Shown one piece after another: positions 20,006 through 30,810 of a DNA stretch of 64,000 bases; within the stretch, counting starts at the first letter, position 1; each line of letters starts with the position of its first letter. This DNA comes from Candidatus Latescibacterota bacterium (GTDB lineage: Bacteria > Latescibacterota > UBA2968 > GCA-2709665): assembly GCA_965222075.1 (NCBI GenBank), contig OZ244937.1:2944001-3008000 (forward strand). Reading direction: 5' to 3'. The notes under the pieces were generated by a model. That model made no database searches, was not told the DNA's origin, and saw only the letters and a list, made by a program, of their open reading frames with translations. A program made the position numbers and the translations under genes.

Positions 20006-20386
20006 ATGAAAAAGGAAGTGATCACCAGCAATAAAGCCGCCCTTCCCGTGGGACCCTACTCACAGGCCATCCGGGTGGGAGATCTCATCTTTGTTGCGGG
20101 AGAGAAAGGAATCGATCCTGTAATCAACAAGATCGTGGAGGGGGGCATCGCAGCCGAGACCCGTCAGACCCTGGAAAACATCAAGGCCATCCTCGGTGCG
20201 GCCGGGGCGACGATGGAAAACGTGGTCCGCACGGTTGTCTACCTGACCGACATCGGCGACTTCGCGGAAATGAACGCCGTCTACGCCGAATACTTCACCA
20301 CCGACCCACCGGGGCGCTCCTGCGTGCAGGTCGTCGCCCTACCCGCAGGCGCCCATGTGGAGATCGAAGCCACGGCGGCCCTTTAA
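20006..20386 (+). CDS. ridA: RidA/YjgF/UK114 family deaminase
   Basis: GPYSQAI, FAEMNAVYAEYF, PPGRSCVQV, VEIE; AGGAGG RBS. Confidence 0.9.
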   Translation: MKKEVITSNKAALPVGPYSQAIRVGDLIFVAGEKGIDPVINKIVEGGIAAETRQTLENIKAILGAAGATMENVVRTVVYLTDIGDFAEMNAVYAEYFTTDPPGRSCVQVVALPAGAHVEIEATAAL

Positions 20387-20428
20387 CCACTGGCAATGAA
20401 AAAGGAGGCCCGTGAATGACCCGTATTG

Positions 20429-21274
20429 TCAAACGCGGAAGACCTTTTCCGCATTCTTCCGGGTTATTCGTTCAAACGCATCCACAGACAGATTGGCCGT
20501 TTCAAGATACGCAAGCATGGGCGGCTTGCCCTTTATCGAACAGAATTCCATCGGCCTGGTGTGTATGGTATCTGTGGCAAACATCAGCCGATGCTTCCAG
20601 CGCTTGAGAAAGCCCAGCCCGAATTCAGGATCTCGCGTAATCGCGGTATATCCCGATTGGGCCGAGAGATCGGCGTAAAGGTTTGGGTATTTTTTAAATA
20701 GCTTCTCAACCCGCCCCCCCCGCACCACCGGCCCCCTGGGATAGCGCACCTCGGGCTTGACCGCCCCTGAAATCTCCCGCCAGAAATATTGGGCATGCCC
20801 GACAAACCGGACGTTCTTGTACGTCGCCAGCACCTTCTCGAACCCCCTCAACCCCGGTTTGTCCCGGTTAATCCAGTGGTCAAAATGCATGACCACGGCC
20901 AGCTTCAACCGATCACAAGCCTCGTAGACCCGCTGCTGCATGGGATCGTCCACCGGCAGGCCGCAGAGGTTTTCGCCGTAGCCCACGCATCCCTGGTCCA
21001 TATAGTGGGCAAGAATCGGGTAGGGATCAAACCGCCCCGGATAGCGATGGCGGGGATCGGTCGCACAGAGGGGCAAAAGGCGGTCCCGATGCGGCCTGGT
21101 CATTCGCAGCATCTCTTTTGTTGTCGCGAAAAAATCGAGTTCTTCCGGCACTTCTACCGCCATCACGATCGCCTTTTCAATGCCGTGCCGATCCATCCAG
21201 CGCAAAACCTGCAACGGTTTCAGGCCCGGATCTTCGCGAACAAGCCGCCCCAGATGAACGTGGGTATCGATCAT
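20429..21274 (-). CDS. Amidohydrolase_2 family protein
   Basis: IDTHVH, MHFD, GHA, YADLSA, FATD motifs. Confidence 0.85.
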   Translation of the reverse strand: MIDTHVHLGRLVREDPGLKPLQVLRWMDRHGIEKAIVMAVEVPEELDFFATTKEMLRMTRPHRDRLLPLCATDPRHRYPGRFDPYPILAHYMDQGCVGYGENLCGLPVDDPMQQRVYEACDRLKLAVVMHFDHWINRDKPGLRGFEKVLATYKNVRFVGHAQYFWREISGAVKPEVRYPRGPVVRGGRVEKLFKKYPNLYADLSAQSGYTAITRDPEFGLGFLKRWKHRLMFATDTIHTRPMEFCSIKGKPPMLAYLETANLSVDAFERITRKNAEKVFRV

Positions 21275-21487
21275 CTCTTCAGCCTCTCCCCCGGTAATAG
21301 TGTGAACGCCCTAAGAAGCATCCGCTCCTCCAAAATAAGTCCAACGCCTCTGAAAGGCAAGCGGTGATACAACCGTTGAAAAAACCGCAAGGCCTCCGGT
21401 CACGAGCTTTTTGTATTGACAACCGCCTGCTCTCGTACATTATTGTCCGCATCGTCAACGATGTAAACTCCAAGAGGAGACAGACAG

Positions 21488-22822
21488 ATGACCAGATTCC
21501 CGTTTGTAAGGAAAAGAGGCTTTGTGTCCTTGATCGCCTGCCTCGTTGCGCTGGTTTTCACCTATAGCAGTACACAGGGGGAAGGTGAGGCGGTCACCGA
21601 AGCAGACGCAAAAGTTGCCAAGCGGTCGGCCAAGGTCTACTTGAAACATGGGGAGACAGAGAAGGCAGCGGAACAGTTAAGAATTGCTATAAAAGGCACC
21701 CCCAACGACAAAGAGACGAAAAAAATGTGGGCGCAACTCTACAAGGAACCGGCCAAAACACTTCTCAAACGGAGAATGTTCGACAAGGCCATTGAACAGT
21801 TTAAACTCACCCTGGAAGGCATTCCCCACGACATGGAATCGCACTACCTGCTGGGCTGGCTCTACTCGGAAAAAGGCCTTATCGACGAGGTGAACCAGCA
21901 GTTCGAAGCAGTCCTTAAACAGGAGAAAGGAAGGAAAAAATATGGAAAAGAGATCCAGCAGATAAGGGAAAATCTGTGGATGCTCAAATACAACGCCGGC
22001 GTGGAAGCGCTCCAGGCCCAGGATTATAACAAAGCCGTAGGTGAATTCCAGTCGGCCGAGAAATGTGTTCCCGACCGGGTGGACACCGTTAAAGGCCTCG
22101 GACTCGCCTACCTGCAGATGGGGCGGCAGAAGGATGGGATCAACGCCTTTCTCAAAGCAGCGTCGCTCGACAGCACCGACGCTTCCACATACATCCGCCT
22201 GGGAGTCGTCTATATTAACACCGGCAAGCACCAGGAAGCGATAAACGCCCTCCGCAAGGCCCACGAACTGAAGCCGGACGACCCGGACGCCCTGGACAAG
22301 CTGGCCATCGCCCAGTTGCGGGCGGACGATATGGCAGGGGCGCTTCAATCCACCGAAAAAGTTCTTAAGATTGCCCCCAACCACCCCAGGTCCCTCAGCA
22401 GGGCGGGACAGTTGTATGTGATGGGAGAAAATTTTGCCCGGGCTGCCGAAGTTCTGGAAAAGGTCGTGGAACAGAAACCAGACGACAAAATCGCCATCTT
22501 CAACCTGGCGACATCGTATAAGGCGTTGAACCAACTCGATAAAGCCGAGACCCTGTTCCAAAAATCCCTGGAATTCAATGCCTCCGACCACGAGGCGTGG
22601 TATCAACTGGGCGTTCTCTACGACAAGCAGAATCGTTTGGACGATGCCATCCAGGCATTCGAGAAAGTCGTCGAAATAACACCTGCAAACGGACAGGCCT
22701 GGAGGGCCCTGGGGCAGACATGTACCCGCAAGTCGGAGACTTCAGAGGGGGAGGTGAAAAAAGAATATGCGAAAAAGGGCGAAGAGGCTCATAAAATGGC
22801 CGACAGCCTGGGGGCACCATAA
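21488..22822 (+). CDS. Exported tetratricopeptide repeat protein
   Basis: N-terminal signal/TM segment and many TPR units (e.g. EAWYQLGVLYDKQNRLDDAIQAFEKVVEITP). Confidence 0.88.
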   Translation: MTRFPFVRKRGFVSLIACLVALVFTYSSTQGEGEAVTEADAKVAKRSAKVYLKHGETEKAAEQLRIAIKGTPNDKETKKMWAQLYKEPAKTLLKRRMFDKAIEQFKLTLEGIPHDMESHYLLGWLYSEKGLIDEVNQQFEAVLKQEKGRKKYGKEIQQIRENLWMLKYNAGVEALQAQDYNKAVGEFQSAEKCVPDRVDTVKGLGLAYLQMGRQKDGINAFLKAASLDSTDASTYIRLGVVYINTGKHQEAINALRKAHELKPDDPDALDKLAIAQLRADDMAGALQSTEKVLKIAPNHPRSLSRAGQLYVMGENFARAAEVLEKVVEQKPDDKIAIFNLATSYKALNQLDKAETLFQKSLEFNASDHEAWYQLGVLYDKQNRLDDAIQAFEKVVEITPANGQAWRALGQTCTRKSETSEGEVKKEYAKKGEEAHKMADSLGAP

Positions 22823-22995
22823 ATGCCCCGCACCCCCTGTAATCGAGCAATCGCAGATGACGACGAGACTTCGCGGGCGATCCATCCTCGATTTACTTGA
22901 ACCCATACGCGGAAAAGAAGCGTTCTGCATAAAAACAGGGTTATGCCAGTAACATAACCCATTGTTCCTCAGCTATTCAGACCTGGTCTATCCCC

Positions 22996-23655
22996 TCATC
23001 GAAACCCCTCCAGCTTGAACTCTATGGGAACAACCACCCACACCGGCACCGGCTTGCCGTTCTGGATCGCCGGCTTGAAGACAAACCGCATGACGGCCTT
23101 CAGCGTGGCCTTGTGAAAAATCTCCTTGCCCCTCAGCACCGTCGCCTTTTTCACCCTTCCGTCACTCCCCACGAGAAGCTTCACATCCACGGTGCCCTCC
23201 AGACCGGCCTTCTCTGCCAGGTTCGGATATTCCAGAATCAGTTCGTTGGTCAGTTCCGGCTTTTTCTCCACCTGCCAGATCTCTAAGGGCTCTTCCTCTT
23301 CGCCAAGGTGCACGGACTTATGAGCGCTTATCGGAGGAGGAGGCAGGTCAATCGGGACCTGGTCAAAGACCAGCTCGGTTGTCTCGATCGTTACATCGTC
23401 AGGCACCTCTTCGCTTCCGACTTCGATTGGGACCGCCGGCCGCGGCAGCGAGCGTTGCACCTGGCGCGTCTGCGGAATCTCCTCCATGTGGATCACGATC
23501 TGATTCTTTCGGGACGTAACGGCTCGAATCTTAAAGTTGGGAAGTACGACTGCAGTGATTGCAATCAGGGCAGCGGACAGGAACAGAGAAGCTACGAAAA
23601 CCTTCTTGTACTGTCGCCTCAGATCCGCCTCCGGGTTTTTAGTACGCGTTTTCAT
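22996..23655 (-). CDS. tonB: Energy transducer TonB (start uncertain; alternative at 23769)
   Basis: TM helix, Pro-rich linker, TonB_C YPNLAEKAGLEGTV...FKPAIQNGKPV. Confidence 0.85.
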   Translation of the reverse strand: MKTRTKNPEADLRRQYKKVFVASLFLSAALIAITAVVLPNFKIRAVTSRKNQIVIHMEEIPQTRQVQRSLPRPAVPIEVGSEEVPDDVTIETTELVFDQVPIDLPPPPISAHKSVHLGEEEEPLEIWQVEKKPELTNELILEYPNLAEKAGLEGTVDVKLLVGSDGRVKKATVLRGKEIFHKATLKAVMRFVFKPAIQNGKPVPVWVVVPIEFKLEGFR

Positions 23656-24109
23656 CCGGATGCGGATGGGGTGATCTGCAAGCAGGCGCTGAAACTGTTC
23701 GCGCTTCTCGCGCAGCCTGGCCAGCGTAGCTAAGAACGTGTTGTCAAAACGGAGGTGAGTAACTTTCATTCTGCGCAACCTCGGAAGCGGCAGTACACGC
23801 AGCACCTATGGGCTCATTCGACCGCGATGGACACAATCAGCAGTTTACGATCGGGGCATTTCCGCATTCGGAGGCAGACCGTAGAAAGAACCGATTCTTT
23901 CTGGATCTTCTGAGGCCCACGTTCGGCAGGCAAATCGCCTATGGGGTGCAGGACCGAAACCGGCTGGGCTGGAGGGGGTGCAACCAGATACCTTTGTTGG
24001 GCGATACCGCTTTTCTCGATCTCGACACTGGGCAGGAAGCGTGTCAACAACGCCGGTCACGCTTCAGTGAAGCCGTTGAATAAAGACAGGCTCTTGGGAT
24101 TGCTGCTCC

Positions 24110-26725
24110 CTATAAATTGAAGCCGAATTTTCCGTACCAGAACGCGCCACCAAAACCAAATGGGCTAAACTGGCTGTACTTGTTGCCGGTCCTTTCGGCG
24201 GCTTTTTGATGTTCGTCGGGATAGGTATTGAGGACATTCTGCACGCCAATGGCTATCGCAGATCTATTATCAAATGAGATGCTGGTTTCAAGGTCAAACG
24301 TCGCCTTGCCATTATAGGTCTGATCATCTTCAGAATCGTACCAGGTGCCGAAGTAGTTGGCACGCCCCAGCACACCCCAACGACTCGTTAGGGATTGTGT
24401 CAGAGTTAGATTCCCGCGCTGCTTGGGAAGATTCTCCTCCAATTCTTTGATCCGGAGATCGTCCAGAATGTCCGGGTTGTATTCGGTAACTTCGGTGCCC
24501 GTGTAGTTATAGGCGATGCTCAGCGCGCCCAAACCCACCGGCGCTGAAAAAACGGCGTCAATCCCCCTGGTATGGGAGTTGAAATCATTGGTGAAGAAGC
24601 GGAACTCCTGCAGGCCGGCCGCACTGGTGATACCCTCCCTGATGAGCTGGTCTCTCTCTGTATCGGCAAGCGAGAAGTCTTGCGAGACCGTCAGGCGGCC
24701 CTTCACTCTGATGTCAAAGTAGTCGATGGTCATACTTGCCCTGCCCAGATCGACAACGAGGCCCGTAGAGAGGTTGTTGGACTTTTCAGCACCAAGAGGC
24801 TTGGCGCCCTTCAACTCGGCTGCGCGACTGGTGGAAGGGACCGTTCCGTTGTTCACCAGATCGTTCTTATCGAAGTTGAACTCCGTCGTTATATTGAAGG
24901 CATTTTGCTGGCCAGGAGTCGGCGCCTTGAAACCGGTGCTGTAACTACTGCGCACCCTCAGGTCGTCGGTAATGCCGAGGTTGGTGGCTATCTTGTAGTT
25001 GGAGGTGGCACCGAAGTCTTCGAAATTCTCATAGCGCAGAGCCACGTCAAGCAACCACCGGTTACTGGGCTGAAAATTCCCTTCCACATAGACGGCAGAG
25101 TTGGACCGATCCCATCTGCCGGCGGCCACCTTACTGAAACCCGAGAACCCATTGGTAGCTGGTTGAAATCCCTGGCTGGCCAACGGCTGGCCAATTATAT
25201 AAGACTCAATCTGTCCCTCCACGATCTCAAATGTTTCGGTTCGATATTCGAGACCCGTCGCGAAGAAAATCTGGTTGTTGACAGGGTACGTAATGCCGAG
25301 GTTCAGGTTGACGTCCGATTGGATATAGGAGCCAGGATCGAAATACGTCGGCGTAGCGGGACCCAGAGAGGCATTCACCGTGTTGAAGATGAAGTAGTCC
25401 GCCTCGTGACGGCCGTAGGATATGCTTAAGTCCCAACCCACCAACTCTTCTTTCCCAATACCAGTACCTTCAAGACCAAGCAGGATGGATTCATCCGTAG
25501 TGAATGCGCCGAATCGGGGCGTAAAACCACCGGGGAACATTTTCAGAAAAGAGAAGCAATTGGGGTCATCGCGAACCTTTAGCCAGGCATCGGGGTCCGG
25601 CTTGTTGTTGATGATGGGCACCTCGGCGCATTCACTGCCCTGACCCACGCCGTCCAAATCGCCAATTAGTAGTGATGGCAGCGTCTGGCCGTCTCTTTCT
25701 ATCGTAGGCCCCTTGAACACGCCACTGCGGGTATGGGGATTGCGGAAATAGAACCCGCCTTCCGTTTCCTTATTGGCATAGTTGGCGTGACCGTAGAAAT
25801 TGAGGCCCTCGCCAAGGGTGCCGCCGTAGTTGGCAAAGAATTTCAGGTCGTCTCGAATAAAAGGTTGCCCCCAGATTTGGGCGGGATTGGCCACATTGAT
25901 ATTGCCCGCGGCAATCAGATCGGCGGCATCATTGCGCTGCACCGAGCGGATGGTTTCACCCGAGTTGCCATATTCCAGGCTGAGGTTGGCCCAGGTGTTC
26001 TCATTGCCCAAGCCGATATTGAAAGCGGCCGTGAACAACTCACCATCGCCGAGGAATTTGCCCTCACCGTCCTGAAAACTGCCAAATTTGACCTCCGCAG
26101 AAATCCCTTCATAATTGTCTTTTAGACGGAAGTCCAATACGCCCGCAATGGCATCGGATCCATACTGCGCCGAGGCGCCGTCGCGGAGGACTTCCACCCG
26201 TTTGAGGGCAATTGACGGGATGACGGATATGTCGGGACCCTGCGCGCCATCAGATACGCCATTGCCCAGCCAGTGAATCACCGCAGCCCGATGGCGGCGC
26301 TTGCCGTTGACAAGTACCAGCGCGTGGTCGGGTGCCAGACTCCGCAGGTTGGGAGGCCGGACAACTGTTCCCGCATCGCTGATTGGCTGAGTGTTGACAT
26401 TGTAAGAGGGTATGATGTTTCTCATCAGATCGGATAAATCCGTGCCGCCTTGCTTGGCGATGTCTTTGCCCTCGACAATATCGACAGGCACTGCCGAATT
26501 CGTTACAGAACGTGGTTGCCCACGCGAACCGACCACCACTATTTTCCCGAGCTCCAACACTTCTTCTCCGAATATATCCTGCGGCTTGGCTGCGACGGAA
26601 GTTGAATCAGCGTCTGCGGGATGCTGAGTATCCTGCGACACGGCCACGGACACGACACTCATAGAAAGCGCTACCGCGATACCAAGTGCAAAAACAAGAG
26701 ACTTAAAACCAGGCCTGTGTTTCAT
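24110..26725 (-). CDS. TonB-dependent outer membrane receptor
   Basis: Signal peptide, IVVVGSR TonB box, VLVNGKRRH, VEVLRDGASAQYGSDAIAGV plug motifs, aromatic C-terminus. Confidence 0.93.
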   Translation of the reverse strand: MKHRPGFKSLVFALGIAVALSMSVVSVAVSQDTQHPADADSTSVAAKPQDIFGEEVLELGKIVVVGSRGQPRSVTNSAVPVDIVEGKDIAKQGGTDLSDLMRNIIPSYNVNTQPISDAGTVVRPPNLRSLAPDHALVLVNGKRRHRAAVIHWLGNGVSDGAQGPDISVIPSIALKRVEVLRDGASAQYGSDAIAGVLDFRLKDNYEGISAEVKFGSFQDGEGKFLGDGELFTAAFNIGLGNENTWANLSLEYGNSGETIRSVQRNDAADLIAAGNINVANPAQIWGQPFIRDDLKFFANYGGTLGEGLNFYGHANYANKETEGGFYFRNPHTRSGVFKGPTIERDGQTLPSLLIGDLDGVGQGSECAEVPIINNKPDPDAWLKVRDDPNCFSFLKMFPGGFTPRFGAFTTDESILLGLEGTGIGKEELVGWDLSISYGRHEADYFIFNTVNASLGPATPTYFDPGSYIQSDVNLNLGITYPVNNQIFFATGLEYRTETFEIVEGQIESYIIGQPLASQGFQPATNGFSGFSKVAAGRWDRSNSAVYVEGNFQPSNRWLLDVALRYENFEDFGATSNYKIATNLGITDDLRVRSSYSTGFKAPTPGQQNAFNITTEFNFDKNDLVNNGTVPSTSRAAELKGAKPLGAEKSNNLSTGLVVDLGRASMTIDYFDIRVKGRLTVSQDFSLADTERDQLIREGITSAAGLQEFRFFTNDFNSHTRGIDAVFSAPVGLGALSIAYNYTGTEVTEYNPDILDDLRIKELEENLPKQRGNLTLTQSLTSRWGVLGRANYFGTWYDSEDDQTYNGKATFDLETSISFDNRSAIAIGVQNVLNTYPDEHQKAAERTGNKYSQFSPFGFGGAFWYGKFGFNL

Positions 26726-27028
26726 ACAAACCCCTTTCTTATTTTCTTCCTGAAAATATTCTTGAAAAATGTCAAAAACAATAATACGAAAAATTCCTCT
26801 ACAAACCAAGTGTTTTTTAGCCTGATTCTGGTGCCTGCGCGTGGATAACAGCAAATTTCAAAGGGCATTTCCGTGAACGCGTCGGAGAAATTCTGCTTGC
26901 TATCGCCGCATGGGAGCAGTACGTTACCCAAAATCAGGGATCAGAGATCAGGGGTCGGTTAAACAAGAATTGATTCACTGATTCCTTCTGCCGTCTCACA
27001 GTTCGCGTCTCACCATTTTGGAGTGCCT

Positions 27029-28168
27029 ATGTCCGGCAACCCCATCCTCATCATTGACGGCCACCTCGACATGGCCTTCAACGCCCTCTTTTACCGGCGC
27101 GACCTCACCCGGCCTGTTCGCGTCCTGCGGGAGCGGGAAGACAGCGTGCGGTCCGGCATCTCTCAGCACGCCGATTCACTGGAAAGGCGGCAGGGGCCTC
27201 AGAGGGTGAACTACACCGTCACCGTCTCCCTCCCTGAAATGCGCAAGGGGCATGTGGGCATTATGCTCTCCACCATCATGGCCCGCGTGCAGGTCCCAGG
27301 CAACGCATCCCACAACTCGGTGCGCACCCAGGGCGTGGCTTACGCCCGCGGACAGAGCCACCTGCATTACTACAAGGCGCTCGAACGCGAAGGGGAGATC
27401 GCCTTTATCAAAACCGTTGAAGACTTGGATGCCTGCGTCGCTGCCTGGGAAAACCCCACCCCCCAAACCCCAATCGGCCTCATCCTCACCATGGAAAGCG
27501 CCGACCCCATCCTCGGTCCCGATCAGGTCCCCAAATGGTGGGAGGCCGGCCTCCGGTCGGTCTCCCTCACCCATTTCGGGGCCAACACCTACGGCCACGG
27601 CACCGGCACGGTCGGCGGCCTCTATCCCCCTGCGTACCCTTTGATGGACGCCCTAAAGGAAACGGACATTATCCTCGACCTCACCCACGCCTCCGACCTC
27701 GCCTTCTGGCAGATCCTGGACTACTGGGACGGACCCGTCCACGCCAGCCACTGCAACTGCCGCGCCCTCGTCCCCGGCCAGCGCCACCTCAGCGATGATA
27801 TGATCAAAGCCATCACCGAACGCGGCGGCGTCATCGGCATGGTCTTCGCCGAGCAGATGCTCAGCCCCACCTGGAACTGGGACGACCCCGGCACCCACTA
27901 CGCAACGGCCACCCGTCCCATGAAGGCCGTGCTGGAGCACATGGATCACATCTGCGAACTCACCGGCAGCACCGACCACATCGCGTTCGGAACCGACCTG
28001 GACGGAGGCTTCGGACTGGAGCTTTCTCCCACAGACTACAACACCATCGACGACCTGCAGCGCTTCCTGAACATCCTCCGAAACTCGGGATACACCGAAG
28101 AAGACGTGGCCAAATTTGCCCATGGCAACCTGATACGCCTCTTTAAAAACGCCTGGAGGGCCGCCTGA
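27029..28168 (+). CDS. Membrane dipeptidase (peptidase M19)
   Basis: DGHLD, MESAD, DLTH, ASHCN, GTDLDGG. Confidence 0.9.
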   Translation: MSGNPILIIDGHLDMAFNALFYRRDLTRPVRVLREREDSVRSGISQHADSLERRQGPQRVNYTVTVSLPEMRKGHVGIMLSTIMARVQVPGNASHNSVRTQGVAYARGQSHLHYYKALEREGEIAFIKTVEDLDACVAAWENPTPQTPIGLILTMESADPILGPDQVPKWWEAGLRSVSLTHFGANTYGHGTGTVGGLYPPAYPLMDALKETDIILDLTHASDLAFWQILDYWDGPVHASHCNCRALVPGQRHLSDDMIKAITERGGVIGMVFAEQMLSPTWNWDDPGTHYATATRPMKAVLEHMDHICELTGSTDHIAFGTDLDGGFGLELSPTDYNTIDDLQRFLNILRNSGYTEEDVAKFAHGNLIRLFKNAWRAA

Positions 28169-29253
28169 TGCCCGACAATCCCATGCTTATCGTAGACAGC
28201 CACCTCGACCTGGCCTTCAGCGCCATCCAGGTCAACCGGGACCTCACCCAGCCCGCGGCCGCCGTGCGCATCCACGACCCCGAATCGGTCATGCGCAGCT
28301 TTGGGAGCTGCACCGTCACCTTCCCCGAACTCCGAAAGGGCCGCGTCGGCATCGTCTTCGGCACCGTTATGTCCCGCCTGGATCCCAACGACCACTGGAC
28401 CCGCACCGGCATGTACTGTCAGACCCAGTGTCACGGCGTCGGACGCGGGCACCTCGCCTACTACCAGGCCCTGGAACGGGAGGGCGTCATCCGCTTCATC
28501 CGAAACACGGCTGACCTCGAGGAGGTCGCCGCTGCCTGGGAGGACCCGGCGCCCGACACCCCCATCGGCCTGGTGCTTGCCATGGAAAGCGCCGACCCCA
28601 TCCTGGATCCCGACCAGGTCCCCGAATGGTACGACCTGGGCCTGCGCATGGTCAGCATCTCCCACTACGGCACCAGTGCCTATTCCCACGGCACCGGCAC
28701 CGAAGGCGGCGTTCTCCCCACAGCCAAACCGCTCCTCAACGCCCTGGGTGAAGCCGGCATCGTTGTGGATCTCACCCACACCACCGACCAGGCCTTCTAT
28801 GAGATCCTGGACCTCTACGACGGCCCCGTCGTCGCTTCCCACCACAACTGCCGCGCCCTCGTCCCCGGCCAGCGCCAGCTTACCGACGACATGGTCAACG
28901 CCATTGTCCAAAGAGGCGGCGTCATCGGCGCGGCCTTCGACGCCTGGATGCTCGACCCGGGCTGGAGGCGCGAGGTCCCCTGCTATGAACAGACCACAAA
29001 AGCCACCCTCGAAACCGTCGCCGACCACATCGACCACGTCTGCCAGCTCGCCGGCAATGCCCGGCACGCGGGCATCGGCACCGACCTGGACGGCGGCTTC
29101 GGCCAGGAACAGTCGCCCAGAGATCTCAACACCATCGCCGACCTCCAGAACCTCCGTGACATCTTCGACCGCCGGGGATATTCGGAAGAGGACGCGCGGG
29201 ATATTTTCTCGCGGAACTGGATTCGGTTTTTAAAGAAAACGTGGACCCACTGA
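28168..29253 (+). CDS. Membrane dipeptidase (peptidase M19), tandem paralog
   Basis: DSHLD, MESAD, ASHHN, GTDLDGG; TGATG overlap with the upstream paralog. Confidence 0.9.
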   Translation: MPDNPMLIVDSHLDLAFSAIQVNRDLTQPAAAVRIHDPESVMRSFGSCTVTFPELRKGRVGIVFGTVMSRLDPNDHWTRTGMYCQTQCHGVGRGHLAYYQALEREGVIRFIRNTADLEEVAAAWEDPAPDTPIGLVLAMESADPILDPDQVPEWYDLGLRMVSISHYGTSAYSHGTGTEGGVLPTAKPLLNALGEAGIVVDLTHTTDQAFYEILDLYDGPVVASHHNCRALVPGQRQLTDDMVNAIVQRGGVIGAAFDAWMLDPGWRREVPCYEQTTKATLETVADHIDHVCQLAGNARHAGIGTDLDGGFGQEQSPRDLNTIADLQNLRDIFDRRGYSEEDARDIFSRNWIRFLKKTWTH

Positions 29254-29282
29254 GCGGTCAATACCTTTGAGCAAGTCCGGAT

Positions 29283-30764
29283 ATGGAGAACGCGCCCGTG
29301 CCCAGCCGACCCAACCTCATCCTCATCACCACCGACCAGCAGCGCGGCGACTGTCTCGGTTGCGACGGGCATCCCGTCCTGGAAACCCCCTATCTGGACG
29401 AACTGGCCGAAGGGGGCGCCCGCTTTCCCCACGCCTACACCTCCGTCCCGTCCTGCACCCCGGCCCGGGCCGCCATCTTAACCGGCATGGACCAGTGGAA
29501 CCACGGTCGCCTCACCATGACCGGGGCCGACGCGCTCGAATACCCGGCCACTCTACCCGGTGAACTCGCAAAAGCCGGCTACCACACCCAGGCCGTGGGC
29601 AAAATGCACTTCCATCCCCAGCGCAAACTCTACGGCTTCCACCACATGGTCCTGGACGAAAGCGCCCGTCGCATCGGCAATTTCATCAGCGACTACCACC
29701 TCTGGTTCGACGAGCACAGGGAGGGCGCCTACGGCTACCGGGACCACAGCGTCGACTGGAACTCCTGGATGGGCCGTCCCACGCACCTGCCCGAACACCT
29801 CCACCCCACCCACTGGACCGCGGGCGAAGGCATCCGCTTCCTCCAGCAGCGCGATCCCACCAAACCCTTCTTCCTCTGGCTCTCCTTCGCCCGGCCCCAC
29901 TCCCCCTATGATCCGCCCCAGACCTATTATGATATGTATATCAATAATCCCGACATCCCCAAACCCGCCATCGGCGGCTGGGCCGCCCTCTACGATAAAA
30001 AGATCGCCGACGTGAACGCCCCCCGAACGAACCGCACCGACGCGGAAGTCCACCGGGCCAGAGCCGCGTATTACGGCAACATCACCTTTATCGACCACCA
30101 GATCGGCCGCGTCCTCTACGAACTCCGGCGGCACGACCGCGGAACCTTTGCCAACACCCTCATCCTCTTCACCTCCGACCACGGCGACATGATGGGCGAC
30201 CATTATCACTGGCGAAAAACCTACGCCTACGAAGGCTCCGCCCGCATCCCCTTCCTGATGAAGTATCCCGACGCCTGGACCTTCGACCGCAACCGGGCCC
30301 TCCACCAACCGGTCGAACTCCGCGACCTCATGCCCACCTTCCTGGATGCCGCCGGCCTGGACATTCCCGAATCGGTCGACGGCCAGAGCCTCCTCGACCT
30401 CTCGCGGGGGAAAACCGACACCTGGCGGACGTTCGTCCAGGGCGAACACACCACCTGCTACGACAAAGAGCACGGCATGCAGTACGTGACCGACGGCCGC
30501 GAAAAATATATCTGGTTCCACCACACCGGAAAAGAACAGTTCTTCGACCTCGACACGGATCCCCTGGAATGCCACGACCTCGCGGACCATCCCGCCCACC
30601 GATCCCGCGTGGAACGCTGGCGAAAGCGCCTGGCCGGAATCAACGAAGAGCGCGGCGACCCCCGGGGTCAAAACAGCACCCTCGTCCCCCAGCCAGACGG
30701 CGCCCTCACCCTCTCGCCCAACTATCAAAGATGGAAAGAACGGGCCGAGGAACTGATGGAGTAA
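29283..30764 (+). CDS. Arylsulfatase (Cys-type)
   Basis: RPNLILITTDQQR, SCTPAR, GKMH, SDHG. Confidence 0.92.
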   Translation: MENAPVPSRPNLILITTDQQRGDCLGCDGHPVLETPYLDELAEGGARFPHAYTSVPSCTPARAAILTGMDQWNHGRLTMTGADALEYPATLPGELAKAGYHTQAVGKMHFHPQRKLYGFHHMVLDESARRIGNFISDYHLWFDEHREGAYGYRDHSVDWNSWMGRPTHLPEHLHPTHWTAGEGIRFLQQRDPTKPFFLWLSFARPHSPYDPPQTYYDMYINNPDIPKPAIGGWAALYDKKIADVNAPRTNRTDAEVHRARAAYYGNITFIDHQIGRVLYELRRHDRGTFANTLILFTSDHGDMMGDHYHWRKTYAYEGSARIPFLMKYPDAWTFDRNRALHQPVELRDLMPTFLDAAGLDIPESVDGQSLLDLSRGKTDTWRTFVQGEHTTCYDKEHGMQYVTDGREKYIWFHHTGKEQFFDLDTDPLECHDLADHPAHRSRVERWRKRLAGINEERGDPRGQNSTLVPQPDGALTLSPNYQRWKERAEELME

Positions 30765-30810
30765 ACCGGACCCGGCCAACAATCCACCCCCATCCAAAAA
30801 GAGGCCCCCC

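Noticed and set aside
23770-24100. Short ORFs between tonB and the receptor
   Set aside because: No recognisable family or RBS; left unannotated.
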